A DNA stretch of 64,000 nucleotides from Mytilus edulis (lineage: Eukaryota): the NCBI RefSeq assembly GCF_963676685.1, contig NC_092347.1:82832001-82896000 (forward strand). Reading direction: 5' to 3'. The translations under genes were made by a program, and so were the position numbers. Below the pieces are notes generated by a model. That model did no database searches and was not told the origin of the DNA. It saw only the letters and a list, made by a program, of their open reading frames with translations. How positions within the stretch are numbered: position 1 is the first letter of the stretch; each line of letters starts with the position of its first letter. Positions 10,077-21,726 of the stretch are shown in pieces.

Positions 10077-13000
10077 TTATTTTATGCAGATTGACGGAAT
10101 ATCAAAAATGGAAACATTCATAGGTGCCACCACTATTCCCATGTATTCCGCCGCCATTTTCATATCTTCTGCAAGTAAAAAAAACGAAACAACTTTTGTG
10201 TCATCTATATAAAGCTATTATCGTTTGGTAACCTACTACACTAATTTACAAATCTCTGCATTATGTTCTCAAATGGATAGCTATGTTAATGAAAATTACT
10301 CCAGACCTACACCATTCGCAGAAATGTTTTGTTAAGTTGCTCCGAGAGAATTGTTTGTCTCTGACATTGCATAAGGGGTAGGAATGACCTATTATGTAAA
10401 TTTTTAATCAATCAATCATTTTTAGAGTGGAACTTTGTTACCAAATATGTTGAGGTAGCATCAAGTAAACAATGCACATCATTTAAAAGTTATTGCAAGG
10501 ATTTAATCTAATGTACACAGCGGCAATGTACTCCCTCAACACGAGATGACTGCGTACTGTGTATTTGTGCATTTCGTATATACCAAATAACTGCACAGGT
10601 CTTGTAGTTGACTCATTATAGATATATCTAAAGGACAGATAATATTTTTGAAATAAATACATTTATCATAAAATGTTTATTTTAAGATAAGAAGCTAAAT
10701 TTACCGCCTGTTTCTGTAATACCATTGCCATCGACCATTACTGGTATACATCCATCGTCTGCCATTGTGAGATGTACATCAAGGTTATCTCTGGTAAAAT
10801 GGTACATTGTAGCTTTCAGAGCTGTCTTTCCGGATCCAATGAAAGACTCTGTAACTACTTCTGCGTTTTCTAAAACAAACAAGGAAACGGTTGCTATACT
10901 TAAAGCCATAAAAATACAGTCTGATTTCTTTATGTTGATTTAGTAGTTGATTCCCGCGATTTTCTGTAAAATATCACATACTACACATATCAGTGGTTAC
11001 AAGGGATGTTCATTTTCTAAATCCCGTGTTTATGTTGGTTTTTTATTCTTTTTCTCAGACCCCACTCTATTGTCTCACTTTATCCCACATCTCATTATTT
11101 TAACCCCTATAAACCAAAAATTCATAAAAGTAAAATCACAAAAATACCGAACTTCGAGAATTCTAAATGAAAAGTTTCTAAGTAAATGGCAAAATAAAAA
11201 GCTCAAACACATAAAACGAATAAATAACAAATGTCATACAATATTTCAATGGTGGCCGGTTAAGGCCATTTCGCGTTTTCACCCATCATATTCTATAGTT
11301 TTCGTGTTTTCGCTATTAGAACATGAAAGGCGAAAAAACGCGAAATGGCCTTAACCACCTGTCACCATTATATTCCTGACTTAATTAATTAAACAGTAAT
11401 TTTCTTATGAAGGAAATGGTGGATTCAACCTGTTTTAAAACTAATACTGTTCTTTCACGTACTGAATAATGTAATTGTGAGAATTCAAACACTTATACAA
11501 CGTGTAGGCAAACAAATAAGACATCTTATACTATCTTACTTGGTATACAACGTGTCGGCAGACAAATAAGACATCTTATACTATCTTACTTGGTATACAA
11601 CGTGTCGGCAGACAAATAAGACATCTTATACTATCTTACTTGGTATACAACGTGTCGGCAGACAAATAAGACATCTTATACTATCTTACTTGGTATACAA
11701 CGTGTCGGCAGACAAATAAGACATCTTATACTATCTTACTTGGTATACAACGTGTCGGCAGACAAAAAAGACATCTTAATATACTATCTTACTTGGTATA
11801 CAACGTGTCGGCAGACAAATAAGACATCTTATACTATCTTACTTGGTATACAACGTGTCGGCAGACAAATAAGACATCTTATACTATCTTACTTGGTATA
11901 CAACGTGTCGGCAGACAAATAAGACATCTTATACTATCTTACTTGGTATACAACGTGTCGGCAGACAAATAAGACATCTTATACTATCTTACTTGGTATA
12001 CAACGTGTCGGCAGACAAATAAGACATCTTATACTATCTTACTTGGTATACAACGTGTCGGCAGACAAATAAGACATCTTATACTATCTTACTTGGTATA
12101 CAACGTGTCGGCAGACAAATAAGACATCTTATACTATCTTACTTGGTATACAACGTGTCGGCAGACAAATAAGACATCTTAATATACTATCTTACTTGGT
12201 ATACAACTTGGCTCAGAGCTCGATACATTCATCGTAAAACATGCACCACCTTTGATAACATACTGAAGACCCTACAATATAAAACATGCACCACCTTTGA
12301 TAACATACTGAAGACCCTACAATATAAAACATGCACCACCTTTGATAACATACTGAAGACCCTATAATATAAAACATGCACCACCTTTGATAACATACTG
12401 AAGACCCTATAATATAAAACATGCGCCACCTTTGATAACATACTGAAGACCCTATAATATAAAACATGCACCACCTTTGATAACATACTGAAGACCCTAT
12501 AATATAAAACATGCACCACCTTTGATAACATACTGAAGACCCTACAATATAAAACATGCGCCACCTTTGATAACATACTGAAGACCCTACAATATAAAAC
12601 ATGCACCACCTTTGATAACATACTGAAGACCCTACAATATTAAACATGCACCACCTTTGATAACATACTGAAGACCCTACAATATAAAACATGCACCACC
12701 TTTGATAACATACTGAAGACCCTACAATATAAAACATGCACCACCTTTGATAACATACTGAAGATCCTACAATATAAAACATGCACCACCTTTGATAACA
12801 TACTGAAGACCCTACAATATAAAACATGCACCACCTTTGATAACATACTGAAGACCCTACAATATAAAACATGCACCACCTTTGATAACATACTGAAGAC
12901 CCTACAATATAAAACATGCACCACCTTTGATAACATACTGAAGACCCTACAATATAAAACATGCACCACCTTTGATAACATACTGAAGACCCTATAATAA

Positions 13001-14998
13001 AAATAGTATATAAGTAAAAGTAGTGTTTTTTTAGACTTCATTTTAATGCAACTAGGGATATTATGTTTTTAATACTTTTCAAAATGTCTTCTGTATTTTT
13101 CACAATTAATAGTAACAACATGAAAACATACGTTATGTTATGTTTCTCGTTTGAATTATAACTTTTACATTTGTCATTTCGGGGCCTTTTATCGCTGACT
13201 ATGCGGAATGGGTTTTACACATTGTTGAAGGTCTTACGGTGAACTATTAATAGTATTAATCTCTGTGTGGTTTTGTCTTTTGTAGATAGTTGTCTAATTG
13301 GCAATCATGCCACATTTCTTTTATATGTATAACTCCGATGGCCAATCCGAAATTATTTGTTTTTAGATTTTGCATTAAATTCTTTTAATCTACAATTTCG
13401 AAAAATTATGTCCTCGCAAAAATCATATTTACCCGATCGCGAACTACAGTTCAAAAATGTAATATAGTAAATATTTTCATCAAGAAAATATTTTTAATAA
13501 ATTTCAAATTCCAAACTGCTGCTACGATTGAAAGAATCAACTTTCATATTTTAGGGCAAAATACTGGCCATTTCGAGTGGCCAAATCCCAGATAATAAGC
13601 AACCTTAACGACGAACATTTATAATCCCTAACACAAACCTCTGTCTTCATAAATTTTCTCTATTTATTTGGTAACTCTTAATGGTTCTTTCTTTTAGTCA
13701 ATTTTGATACACTTATGAATGATGCTATTTTCTTTTATATATTCATGTATTTTATTTCGTTTTGATTGGTTTTTTTTTAACAACTTACTGTGCTAAAGTC
13801 TTGATAAACTTGTTGTAAATATTCAGGTCCACCATTAAGACTTACAGTTTGATTTACATAAACTTTCCGAATGGTTTCATCGACAACTGTGTCCTGAGAC
13901 ATCTGTACGAGAAGGCAGATTTATGTATTTAAACTTAAAATATTAAAAAAAATAAAAAATAGAATAACCAGCACAAACATTTAAGGATGTTCGTTTTGGA
14001 ATTTTTATAAGATTTTCGGAATCCTCTGGATTTATCCATTTGAATGCCTTAAAAGTTTTGCCCATTAACCCCCATTTTTCTTTTTATAAATCTTTTACAT
14101 GAATTGTATGATTATTAGCCACCTGTAAAAGTCTTATATAAATCTTTGTTTTTTTTTTTAAATATATTTGAGAACTTAAATATGTCAAAGATAAAGCTAT
14201 GAAAAATCAAGAGAGAACATTTTCCCGCCAAAATTTCAATGGCTAATATCTCGAAAACCCACACATTGTTTTTTTTTTTTTTGTTCCGTTATTAATCCCC
14301 TATCAATATATAATAGTGTTATTAAAAGCTTGTTATGTTGAAACTGAGTAGCGAACTTCCTTAAATATGACGATAGAAATAAAGTATGATCATTTGTGAA
14401 AGTTAAGACACTTCTGAAACAAGACTACTTTTAAAACTGAATTTTATTCAACAGACACGAGCTATAAGCTGGTGATTTTAGGAATCAATAAAAAATATTA
14501 TGTTAAAGACCACCATCAGTCAAAACACACATCGGAAACGTATAGTGTGCTTTGTTTTACTCAATTTGGATGAACATGATAGGCGGGTTTGCTTTATTAT
14601 TTTATTTGGATCACCTCATATGTCAATAAAATCTTTACTTTATGATAAGTTACGGAAGATGTTTCCAAATATGTTGCTTTCTTTTGGTTATGTATGACGT
14701 TGTCTTGCGGTCTCAGTGAAGTATAAATAAATAATGAATAAATAATGAAAACGGATCTATTTCCTCCCTCCTTTGTTTTTTTTAACAAACTACACAATGT
14801 GAGGACATTCTTTCGTGTATGCCGCTAATATCTTGTTTGAATATTGTAAAATAAATTAAAACTAACTTGCGTATGGTATTCATGTCCATCAACTGTTTTT
14901 GTATTTGAATCAATATATACAGTCCCCCTCCATTGTTTCGGGGGACAGCATGATAGTACTAAGGCAGGTAAAGCCAGAAGTAGGATGTTCTGGAACAT
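10077..14998 (-). CDS. Ependymin-related protein, paralog 2 (5 coding exons, ~193 aa, secreted)
   Basis: Exons 14998-14867 (signal peptide MFQNILLLALPALVLS then CCPPKQWRG), 13902-13789, 12271-12196 (GLQYVIKGGACFTMNVSSSEPSCIP), 10869-10705 (MADDGCIP) and 10168-10077 (EDMKMAAEYMGI...SIFDIPSICIK*). All GT-AG with consistent phases. Confidence 0.88.
11495..12207. repeat. 50-bp minisatellite (~14 copies) containing the exon-3 splice donor of EPDR paralog 2
   Basis: Unit acatcttatactatcttacttggtatacaacgtgtcggcagacaaataag. Its reverse complement contains TGTATACCAA|gtaagatag. Confidence 0.95.
12236..12998. repeat. 45-bp minisatellite (17 copies) containing the exon-3 splice acceptor and first 36 exon nt of EPDR paralog 2
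   Basis: Unit aaaacatgcaccacctttgataacatactgaagaccctacaatat. Reverse complement atattgtag|GGTCTTCAGTATGTTATCAAAGGTGGTGCATGTTTT. Confidence 0.95.
13985..14360. mobile_element. Kolobok-like MITE in intron 1 of EPDR paralog 2
   Basis: TTAA on both sides (13981-13984 and 14361-14364). Terminal inverted repeats (TIRs) GGATGTTCG / CGAACTTCC. Confidence 0.6.
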
Positions 14999-15153
14999 TA
15001 CGAATTCTTTGAACACAGACAAGTAAACTTTAAGATTTATAAATAGTGTAATTGTAAACATGTTCATATCAATTTCTACTGATTAACATGATAAAGCATG
15101 CACCAGTGCGGATTTTCACCTTGAACAATAATCTCGGATTTTACTTTTTTTCT

Positions 15154-15556
15154 AGGTGTCAGACCAGCAATTAAAAATTCCTATCTGTTCAACCAAATTT
15201 TGCATTTTTCACAACATTCTTAATGTTTTATCATAAATTAAACTTCATAGAAACCAGGAATACCCAGAATTATACATGTATCACCTTTCTACATGCCAAA
15301 CCTCTGGTTTTCTGGTTATCTTAAACTAATATACTATGGAGCTCATTAATCCTGCATTTTTAATGCAAATTCATAGACAAGTGAATTTTGGCTCAAAATG
15401 CTCTAAATATATTTCTCTTTCACAAAAAACTTAATTTCTGCAAATGTTTTGGTTAGTTTAAGTAAACAATGACACCAAAAGCACTGTTTTGTGTCAGAGT
15501 AGGCCTACTTTTACATACGTTCTAAATTTAAGAGAGTAATTGGTGGTCTGACACCT
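15154..15556. mobile_element. MITE just upstream of EPDR paralog 2
   Basis: TIRs AGGTGTCAGACCAGCAATT / AATTGGTGGTCTGACACCT; non-coding interior. Confidence 0.65.
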
Positions 15557-16153
15557 TCTACGTCTTCGGGATTTGCAAACAGAATGACACAATTCTTAGA
15601 ATTTGAATTATAACTGTTCAAGGTTTATATACTTGCAAATACAGAAGAGGACATCATACCTTCTGTAAAGTGTTTGACTATAGTTGCTGTGTTTACAAGA
15701 TATTTACTTGTGTACAAACAACTGAAACTTGCATTTTATTTTGAAACAATGAGATAAATTAAAAGATGACAAAAGATATTTCTTTTAAAAGTCACCTCTA
15801 CAAAAGAAAGTTACATGGTGATTATTTTATCCACTAACAATAGAAGAGTAGAACAGATGACTACAATTTGCAGTAGCATGTCCAACACTTGAATACTGTA
15901 GAAATTAGATGACACCAACTAACTGTTGTCTAAATTCTAAATCTGTTTCCCCTGAGGGTATCACCAGCCAAGTTGTCAGGACTAATTCTGTGTTAACATG
16001 AATTATCATTGATATGGTCAAATTAAAAACTAACTGTTAACAAAACTTTAAATTTTTGAAATACTAAGGCTTTTCTACCCCAGGAATGGATTACATTAGC
16101 TGTATTTGGGAATTTTGGTCCTCCATGCTCTTCATCATCTTACTTTATTTCGT

Positions 16154-16197
16154 GCGTCACTGATGAGTTTTGTGTAGTCGAAACGCGCGTCTGGCGT
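16154..16197 (+). ncRNA. Minimal hammerhead ribozyme motif
   Basis: GCGTCA-CTGATGA-GTTTTGTGTAGTC-GAAA-CGCGCG-TC-TGGCGT. Core intact, stem II weakened. Confidence 0.65.
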
Positions 16198-17808
16198 ATA
16201 TACAAAATTTAATCCTGGTATCTATTGTGAGTTTAGTCACAAAAATCATGTATTAGAAAAACTGTAGACAAACTTAAGAATTTAAATATATTAAACTTAT
16301 GAATTTAAAAATAGTAAACTTAAGAATTTAAAAATAGTAAACTTCAGAATTTAAAAATAGTAAACTTAAGAATTATTCAATTATATACATCCCGCCGTTG
16401 TGTTTTTATGCTTAGATAATTTTTGTGTTTATATGTCTTTCATTTTTGCAGATGTGTTTTTTTTAATAGTATATACCATTTAGGTGTCTTTGTAGACATA
16501 ATTTACAGATGTTTTTCAATCGTTCAATATGTATGAGCTTTCGATATTACCATATGATATGAGACTTTCCGTTTGAATTTTCCTTGGAGTCCGGTATTTT
16601 TGATATTTTACTATATTATATCCGATACATAAGCGATAACAATTGTACTATATCAAATGTGCATTTTAGTGATGCTCTAGACAAAATATTTGAAAATCAA
16701 AAATCTTATCTAAACGTTTAAGAGTGTAAACAAATCATTAAATGACCAACAGTGAAGCTATACCTAGAAATTTTTTAATTTCTGGGTACTTTCTCTTTTC
16801 TTGTATCTGTTCCCGATGATCGCTTCTAGATTTTCCGTCCAAGCCAGATGAACATTAAATTTCCATATAAAATAGGATAAGAGTAGATGTGGGATAAACA
16901 CCTTCTACAAATAACCAAAGACGTATTAAACCTATGCATTCGTGTTCAACCTTATGAAAAAGGAAACAATTGGGTCGCAATTCTTCAATAGAGTATATTG
17001 AAGTTGTACAAAGAACGTTAGCTTCAATTAGGGGGGGGGGCTAGGATGAAAAATGTTGTCCTGCTTTTTTTTTTAGTTGTAATCTCTGTCTGTCTTTTTA
17101 TTTTTTACTCTATTCGGTCCTGCCTTTTTTTTTACTAGTTTATCCTGACTTTTTTTTACACAAATTGTCATCCTTCCTTTTTTTTTAACAAGTTTCTCAT
17201 CCTGCCTTTTTTTTTACTCAAAACTCCTGTCCTGCAAATGGTAGCTCCCTTAATAAAATTATGTTGTGTGCATTATAATTTTGTCAAACGGACAAGTGTA
17301 AGAAAATATTTGAAACTTCTTCAAAATGTTCAAGTGGATATGTCATACTGCAAAATATTCAAGATATTTCAAATATACATGTGCAATATGAATTTACACA
17401 AACACGTCTATACACATATAGTATCCTCAGCCTCATGCACTTAGTCATTTGTTATGTATTGTGCTAGATACACAATACCGGAAATATATACTTGTTATAA
17501 GAATGTGAAACGGATGTATTAACGACAATACGATACGAAGTTTATATGGTAAGTTTGTTTTCTTTATATATTAAAATTGAATTATTCTTACATTATTAAT
17601 AGTGGCACTATTCAGCTACACTTGAAATGATAATCAATCTACATACATTAATTGTTTTCATTAAGGTGATGAATAGATACAAAATGCACCTAGATGTAAA
17701 AATTACAAGCAAAATAAAGATTTATGATTACATGTAAGTTTTCTTCAAGCTGGATAGAGAGAATTGAATGAAATAAAATTGTATAATAACTTAACCATTT
17801 CAATTAGT

Positions 17809-18257
17809 ATGAAATTCAAAACAGTGTAGCTGTGGCCATTGATTGACACATTAAAATCATTCATTGACTGGGACAATTTAGGTGAACGTTTGTATGTAAC
17901 GACCAATGCTCACTATGTACTTTTTAAAGAAACTTAAACTATGGGGTCACCAAAGGTTCTCAAAACCTAAATAAAGTAATTCGAAAAATTAATCAGAAAT
18001 AACACGATATTTTGATTTATATCAATTATATAAATCAAAACACAAAGTTTATTCCTGATTAATTTTTCGAATTATTTTATAATTAAAGGCGTTAAGAAAC
18101 CTTTGGTGACCCCACAGTTTAAATGTCTATCGTAGGTACGTCATGAACAGTGGTTGTTACAGACAAACGTTCACGTAAATGATCGTAAATTGTCCCAGTC
18201 AATGGATGATTTTAATGTGTCAATCAATGGCCACAGCTACACTGTTTTGAATTTCAT
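17809..18257. mobile_element. ~450-bp near-fully palindromic foldback/MITE
   Basis: ATGAAATTCAAAACAGTGTAGCTGTGGCCATTGATTGACACATTAAAATCAT... pairs with ...ATGATTTTAATGTGTCAATCAATGGCCACAGCTACACTGTTTTGAATTTCAT. Complementarity continues, with mismatches, to a centre near 18025. Confidence 0.85.
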
Positions 18258-18447
18258 TCTATATACAAATACATATCATTCTGTTCTAAATTTTTAATGT
18301 CGGGAAATGCTGATTTGCAACTGCTATTTTCGTTGAAACACGTAAATAATTGCAAAAGAAAACACGACGATCTGAATTTATGATTAACACTAAACTTAAT
18401 CATTTGCGTTCTTTTAGGTTTTAACTTTCCTTCTCTGACCTAGAACT

Positions 18448-21183
18448 ATGTCGACAAAGACAGACCTACAGGCGTTCGCCTCATTAGTGACTCGAAATGA
18501 TACTGAGGGGTGCAAAGAAAAACTTCTATCATCACAAGACAATACTAAAGAAAAACTAGTAAATACAAGGATAAAAGGATTTAAAACTGTCCTGCATATT
18601 GCTGCTGATCAGAAAGTTGTACATGAAATATGGAACTTACTTTTACCATATGCGTCTGAAATTAATTTGTACGAAAACATTTGTAAAAGTCCTCTTCGAA
18701 AAATTATTCCCTATGCAGATCAAGAACAGAACAATAAATGCTTTACAATAGGTTTTCTCCGTCAATACTATCAACTCAATAAGATAAGAAGTTGGTTAGA
18801 AATGACAAAAAATGAGACTAGCCAGAAAGTAAACACTTACAGAAATCATTTTCTGTGTAAACTTTGTCGACTTCGAGGAAGTGATGAAGTTGGCAATATT
18901 TCACAAACCGATATCATAGAATTTGCTCGGGAACTTATACAAACTTATCATACCGACCCAAATGGTGACAGTGAACACCGACCTTTACTTTGGGCCATGG
19001 AAACAGCTAATCTTCCTCTACTATCTTTGTTTTTGTCTTTCGGAGCAGATGCAAATTGCAGAGATGATGATGACTTTACACCTTTGTTATACTCTCATTG
19101 TTTACAGGGAAGTGATGCGAGTGTAGATATAGTGCTGCTGTTAGTTAAACATAATGCAGACATTAATATATCAGAACCGCAAGGAATCGTGACAGCATTT
19201 CATAAATTATTATTACTTTTGACACCTGAAGAACTCAAAATGTTCATGAAGAGATGTTCTCCTAAGGTTAAGTTATCATCAACATGTTGTGCATTACCCC
19301 TTCCTCCGATACACGGACTGTTGGTTCGAGGCCTTTCTGATTCCATATACCGAATGGATAAAGAGAAAATGCAAACAGATATAATAACTAAGGTTGAAAT
19401 ATTATCCAAATATGGACTTGACCTTAACCAAACCGATTTGCATGGTCGTACAATATTGCATTATGCTAGTTGGTTTAGATTCACACGTTTGTTGAAGTTT
19501 TTTTTGAATGTAGGAGGTCGACCATTTGTCAGAGACGCATTAGGCAGGACTTGTTTACATTATTCTGTTTTACATCCTTCGAGAAATTACAAGATAAGAA
19601 ATGTGGAGGAGGAATTGTCTGTATTAAAATTGTTATCTGAAAACATAGATAAGAAAGATTTAGATGCACAAGATAATTATGGAAGACGTGTCCAACACCT
19701 GTCTTTATTTGAAAACAACACTGCAGCATTGAATGGCATGGGTGTTTTCGGATTTGATATGAATGTTATCGATAACCAAGGGAAATCACCTTTGGATTAC
19801 GACTCGTTAAACATATTAACTAATGCAGCATTTATGGAGCAGCATTTTAAATGGGCAAATAATAATAAACCACAAGAAAATGAACTGCCATATTCGTTGA
19901 AGACATGCAGGACAAATGGAAGTACCATATTATATGAGAGAGAATCTGTGCATTGTGAATCAACAGATGTCAAGAGAGAAGATTTAAAAGGTGCAAAGCT
20001 AGTAAATCTTTTACTACATGATCATAACGTTGGACCATTAGTCATTAGTAACATTGAACGCACTATCTTTGAAGATGTCAAGAAGTTGGTTAATAAGATA
20101 TCAGAGCACTTGACTGAAATCGATAAAAATTTTCAATCGAAGATAGAATTAGCAGGAAGTATAAGTGAGGAAACAAAAATTCTACCACTTGACGAATTTG
20201 ACTTTCAGTTTCATTTAATCTATTTAAGTCCTCGGTTTTATTTCGATACATTTGAGCAAGCGAATGAAGTAACATTAAAAGATATCCGTAAAGATATCCC
20301 CGTGAAAAGAGACGGTATTACAGACACTGTACATACCGGGGAATCATTAAGCTGGAACATCTACGAAAAATTTAATTCCTTCATTTATACAGTACTCAAT
20401 TCAAATGATTTTTGGAAAGATTCACCATTTTATTGGAATTTTCTTCCAATTGCAAAATCTGTAGAATGGATACAAACGAACCTTGTCGTGGAGAGCTCTC
20501 TCACAGCACCCCTACGATTAAAATGGATAGGACTGGAAGCACGAGATCTGAACATAAATATTGATTTAGTACCTGTTATAGTTAAACAACGCATACCTGA
20601 CGTAGTCCAAAACTTGATTCCCTCTCCGGTTACACATTTTATTAATCATAGGGAATATCAATGGCATGTAATTTGCCGAAAGAGCGACTTTGCTCGTCTG
20701 TCGTTCCTAAATGTAGAGAGATGTATACTAATGCGGCTAATGACAGAAGTAAAAGATGCATATAAATTGACAAAGTCTTTGCGGAGTTTCTGTGATTCAG
20801 GATCATATTGCAGTCCCGAAATTATTACATCATATATGCTGAAGAATGCTTTATTCTTTGAACTTGACCAACAGCTGTCGTATGGTCTTCTTAATGACCA
20901 ACTGGTATTCCATAGCTGTTATACACCAAGTCATGAACTAGCATTACGACTAATGAGGTACAATCTAGCGTGTTCATTAAGAAATAGAACAGGTTATATT
21001 CACATTTGGGCACTAAAAATATTACATAGACTGAAAACTTGGTTCGCTACTGAAAACTGTGCATTCGTTTATTGCCGTCCAACCGTCGCATTCCCTGACA
21101 GCTATGAAGTCCGTGACGAGTACATGGAGCATCCCTATATTAAAGCATTGGATATGATGACGAACCTCCTTCTTAGCAAATAA
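18448..21183 (+). CDS. Ankyrin-repeat + Mab-21/cGAS-like nucleotidyltransferase (cGLR), 911 aa, single coding exon
   Basis: Ankyrin repeats: FKTVLHIAA, RPLLWAM...GADAN, FTPLLYS...HNADIN, GRTILHYAS, GRTCLHYSV, GKSPLDY. NTase signature AGSISEETKILPLDEFDF (~20152-20205), third acidic residue in INIDLVPVI (~20563), Mab-21 C-lobe ITSYMLKNALFF (~20830). Splice acceptor at 18417 upstream of the ATG. Confidence 0.92.
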   Translation: MSTKTDLQAFASLVTRNDTEGCKEKLLSSQDNTKEKLVNTRIKGFKTVLHIAADQKVVHEIWNLLLPYASEINLYENICKSPLRKIIPYADQEQNNKCFTIGFLRQYYQLNKIRSWLEMTKNETSQKVNTYRNHFLCKLCRLRGSDEVGNISQTDIIEFARELIQTYHTDPNGDSEHRPLLWAMETANLPLLSLFLSFGADANCRDDDDFTPLLYSHCLQGSDASVDIVLLLVKHNADINISEPQGIVTAFHKLLLLLTPEELKMFMKRCSPKVKLSSTCCALPLPPIHGLLVRGLSDSIYRMDKEKMQTDIITKVEILSKYGLDLNQTDLHGRTILHYASWFRFTRLLKFFLNVGGRPFVRDALGRTCLHYSVLHPSRNYKIRNVEEELSVLKLLSENIDKKDLDAQDNYGRRVQHLSLFENNTAALNGMGVFGFDMNVIDNQGKSPLDYDSLNILTNAAFMEQHFKWANNNKPQENELPYSLKTCRTNGSTILYERESVHCESTDVKREDLKGAKLVNLLLHDHNVGPLVISNIERTIFEDVKKLVNKISEHLTEIDKNFQSKIELAGSISEETKILPLDEFDFQFHLIYLSPRFYFDTFEQANEVTLKDIRKDIPVKRDGITDTVHTGESLSWNIYEKFNSFIYTVLNSNDFWKDSPFYWNFLPIAKSVEWIQTNLVVESSLTAPLRLKWIGLEARDLNINIDLVPVIVKQRIPDVVQNLIPSPVTHFINHREYQWHVICRKSDFARLSFLNVERCILMRLMTEVKDAYKLTKSLRSFCDSGSYCSPEIITSYMLKNALFFELDQQLSYGLLNDQLVFHSCYTPSHELALRLMRYNLACSLRNRTGYIHIWALKILHRLKTWFATENCAFVYCRPTVAFPDSYEVRDEYMEHPYIKALDMMTNLLLSK

Positions 21184-21402
21184 AAAGACGGACGTGATAC
21201 AAGCAGATGTAATTCGTACTGTCGTAGGGAAGTTTTAAATATCAAATAATGTTATTTTCCCCAGCATAACTTTACATCAATAGTATTTATGAAAGGTTAA
21301 ATGTTTTTTGGATTAGAAAAACAATAAGATAGTTTATATGGTACCAAGCTTAAAATTTGATACACCAGGCGCGCGTTTCGTCTTCATTGAGGAATTTCAA
21401 AC

Positions 21403-21726
21403 GGTCGGTCATTTAAAGACGTACCAACCGTATCATATACGTTGACGTATACGCATTTGCAGATTTACCAATGAACATTATGTGATCCCGAGCTTTCCTT
21501 GTATATACTTTCAATAATGCAAATGGGCAACTGATTAATTTCAAATGCTAGTATTTGATTGCGTAGCTGACTAAATTGTTGGAAAAGAGGGACGAAAGAT
21601 ACCAGAGGGACAGCGGGAAAAATATAATAGTCTTTAGCTCGGGATCACATAACATTTTTGGTATATCTGAAGATGATTATACGTCAACGTATATGATACG
21701 GTTGGTACGTTTTTAAATGACCGACC
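21403..21726. mobile_element. Inverted-repeat element (arms ~90 bp) 220 bp downstream of the cGLR stop
   Basis: GGTCGGTCATTTAAAGACGTACCAACCGTATCATATACGTTGACGTAT...GTGATCCCGAGCT versus AGCTCGGGATCAC...ATACGTCAACGTATATGATACGGTTGGTACGTTTTTAAATGACCGACC. Confidence 0.8.

Noticed and set aside
10330-10630. Alternative candidates for exon 5 of EPDR paralog 2
   Set aside because: They lack the F-x-x-P-x-x-C motif. The exon starting at 10168 matches the paralogs in size and sequence.
11495-12998. CRISPR-like appearance of the regular repeats (also 40425-41210)
   Set aside because: Head-to-tail units with no unique spacers, no cas genes, and a eukaryotic context.
12213-13041. Long repetitive ORFs (249, 130, 133 aa) and 11740-11922
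   Set aside because: These are by-products of the 45-bp and 50-bp minisatellites. The biologically relevant frame (EPDR exon 3) is a different one.
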